Positions 63,619 through 64,000 of a DNA stretch of 64,000 bases are shown in pieces. The notes below the pieces were generated by a model. That model ran no database searches, was not told the origin of the DNA, and worked only from the letters and a program-made list of their open reading frames with translations. Origin of the DNA: Octopus vulgaris (lineage: Eukaryota); assembly GCA_951406725.2 (NCBI GenBank), contig OX597824.1:7378001-7442000 (forward strand), in the 5' to 3' direction. Positions within the stretch are counted from its first letter, which is position 1. Each line of letters begins with the position of its first letter. A program made the position numbers and the translations under genes.

Positions 63619-63882
63619 TACTGCACCACTGATAGAATACAAACCTATAAACGAGGAACCCTTTGAAAGTAAACTGGTTGCATACTGATACAGCCAGTTC
63701 CGCGTGTGTGCGCGTCAGAGAGAGACAGGAGATGAGGCGGGGGGGAGTGTCATTTGTTAAAGAAATAAATTACTCACAGTCGTCAATAGTAAATGTATCA
63801 TATTTAATAGCCAAAACTCATTATCAGAGAATTCACTGAGATGACTAATTACAAAAGAAATAGCGGGAATTTACATATACAT

Positions 63883-63961
<79 letters not shown>

Positions 63962-64000
63962 CATACACACATACACACACACAAATACATATATGTACAT

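Overview
AT-rich, microsatellite- and transposon-dense animal genomic DNA. The tRNA-derived SINE and RTE repeat landscape points to a cephalopod, most likely Octopus (inference). The window holds the 5' part of one protein-coding gene, MON2 (Golgi/endosome Arf-GEF-like scaffold), on the minus strand. I traced 12 coding exons by hand from the ATG at 54852 to 3070 (1603 nt, about 534 codons). All introns are GT-AG and phase-consistent, and the gene continues past the window start. Nearly all other ORFs in the track come from microsatellites or repeats. The introns contain SINEs, RTE-LINE 3' ends, a DD37D Tc1/mariner remnant, Tigger/mariner/hAT/piggyBac-type MITEs and non-autonomous Helitrons. 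Five observations stand out: (i) four different hammerhead-ribozyme-like motifs in Penelope-type contexts, one with a compensatory U3-A8 core in MON2-sense orientation; (ii) a MITE carrying a telomere-like TTAGGG array; (iii) several transposon cis-modules amplified into minisatellites, including a 12x array of a putative pseudoknot module; (iv) a Helitron 3' hairpin that has captured 56 bp of nearby DNA; (v) candidate intronic hairpin RNAs.
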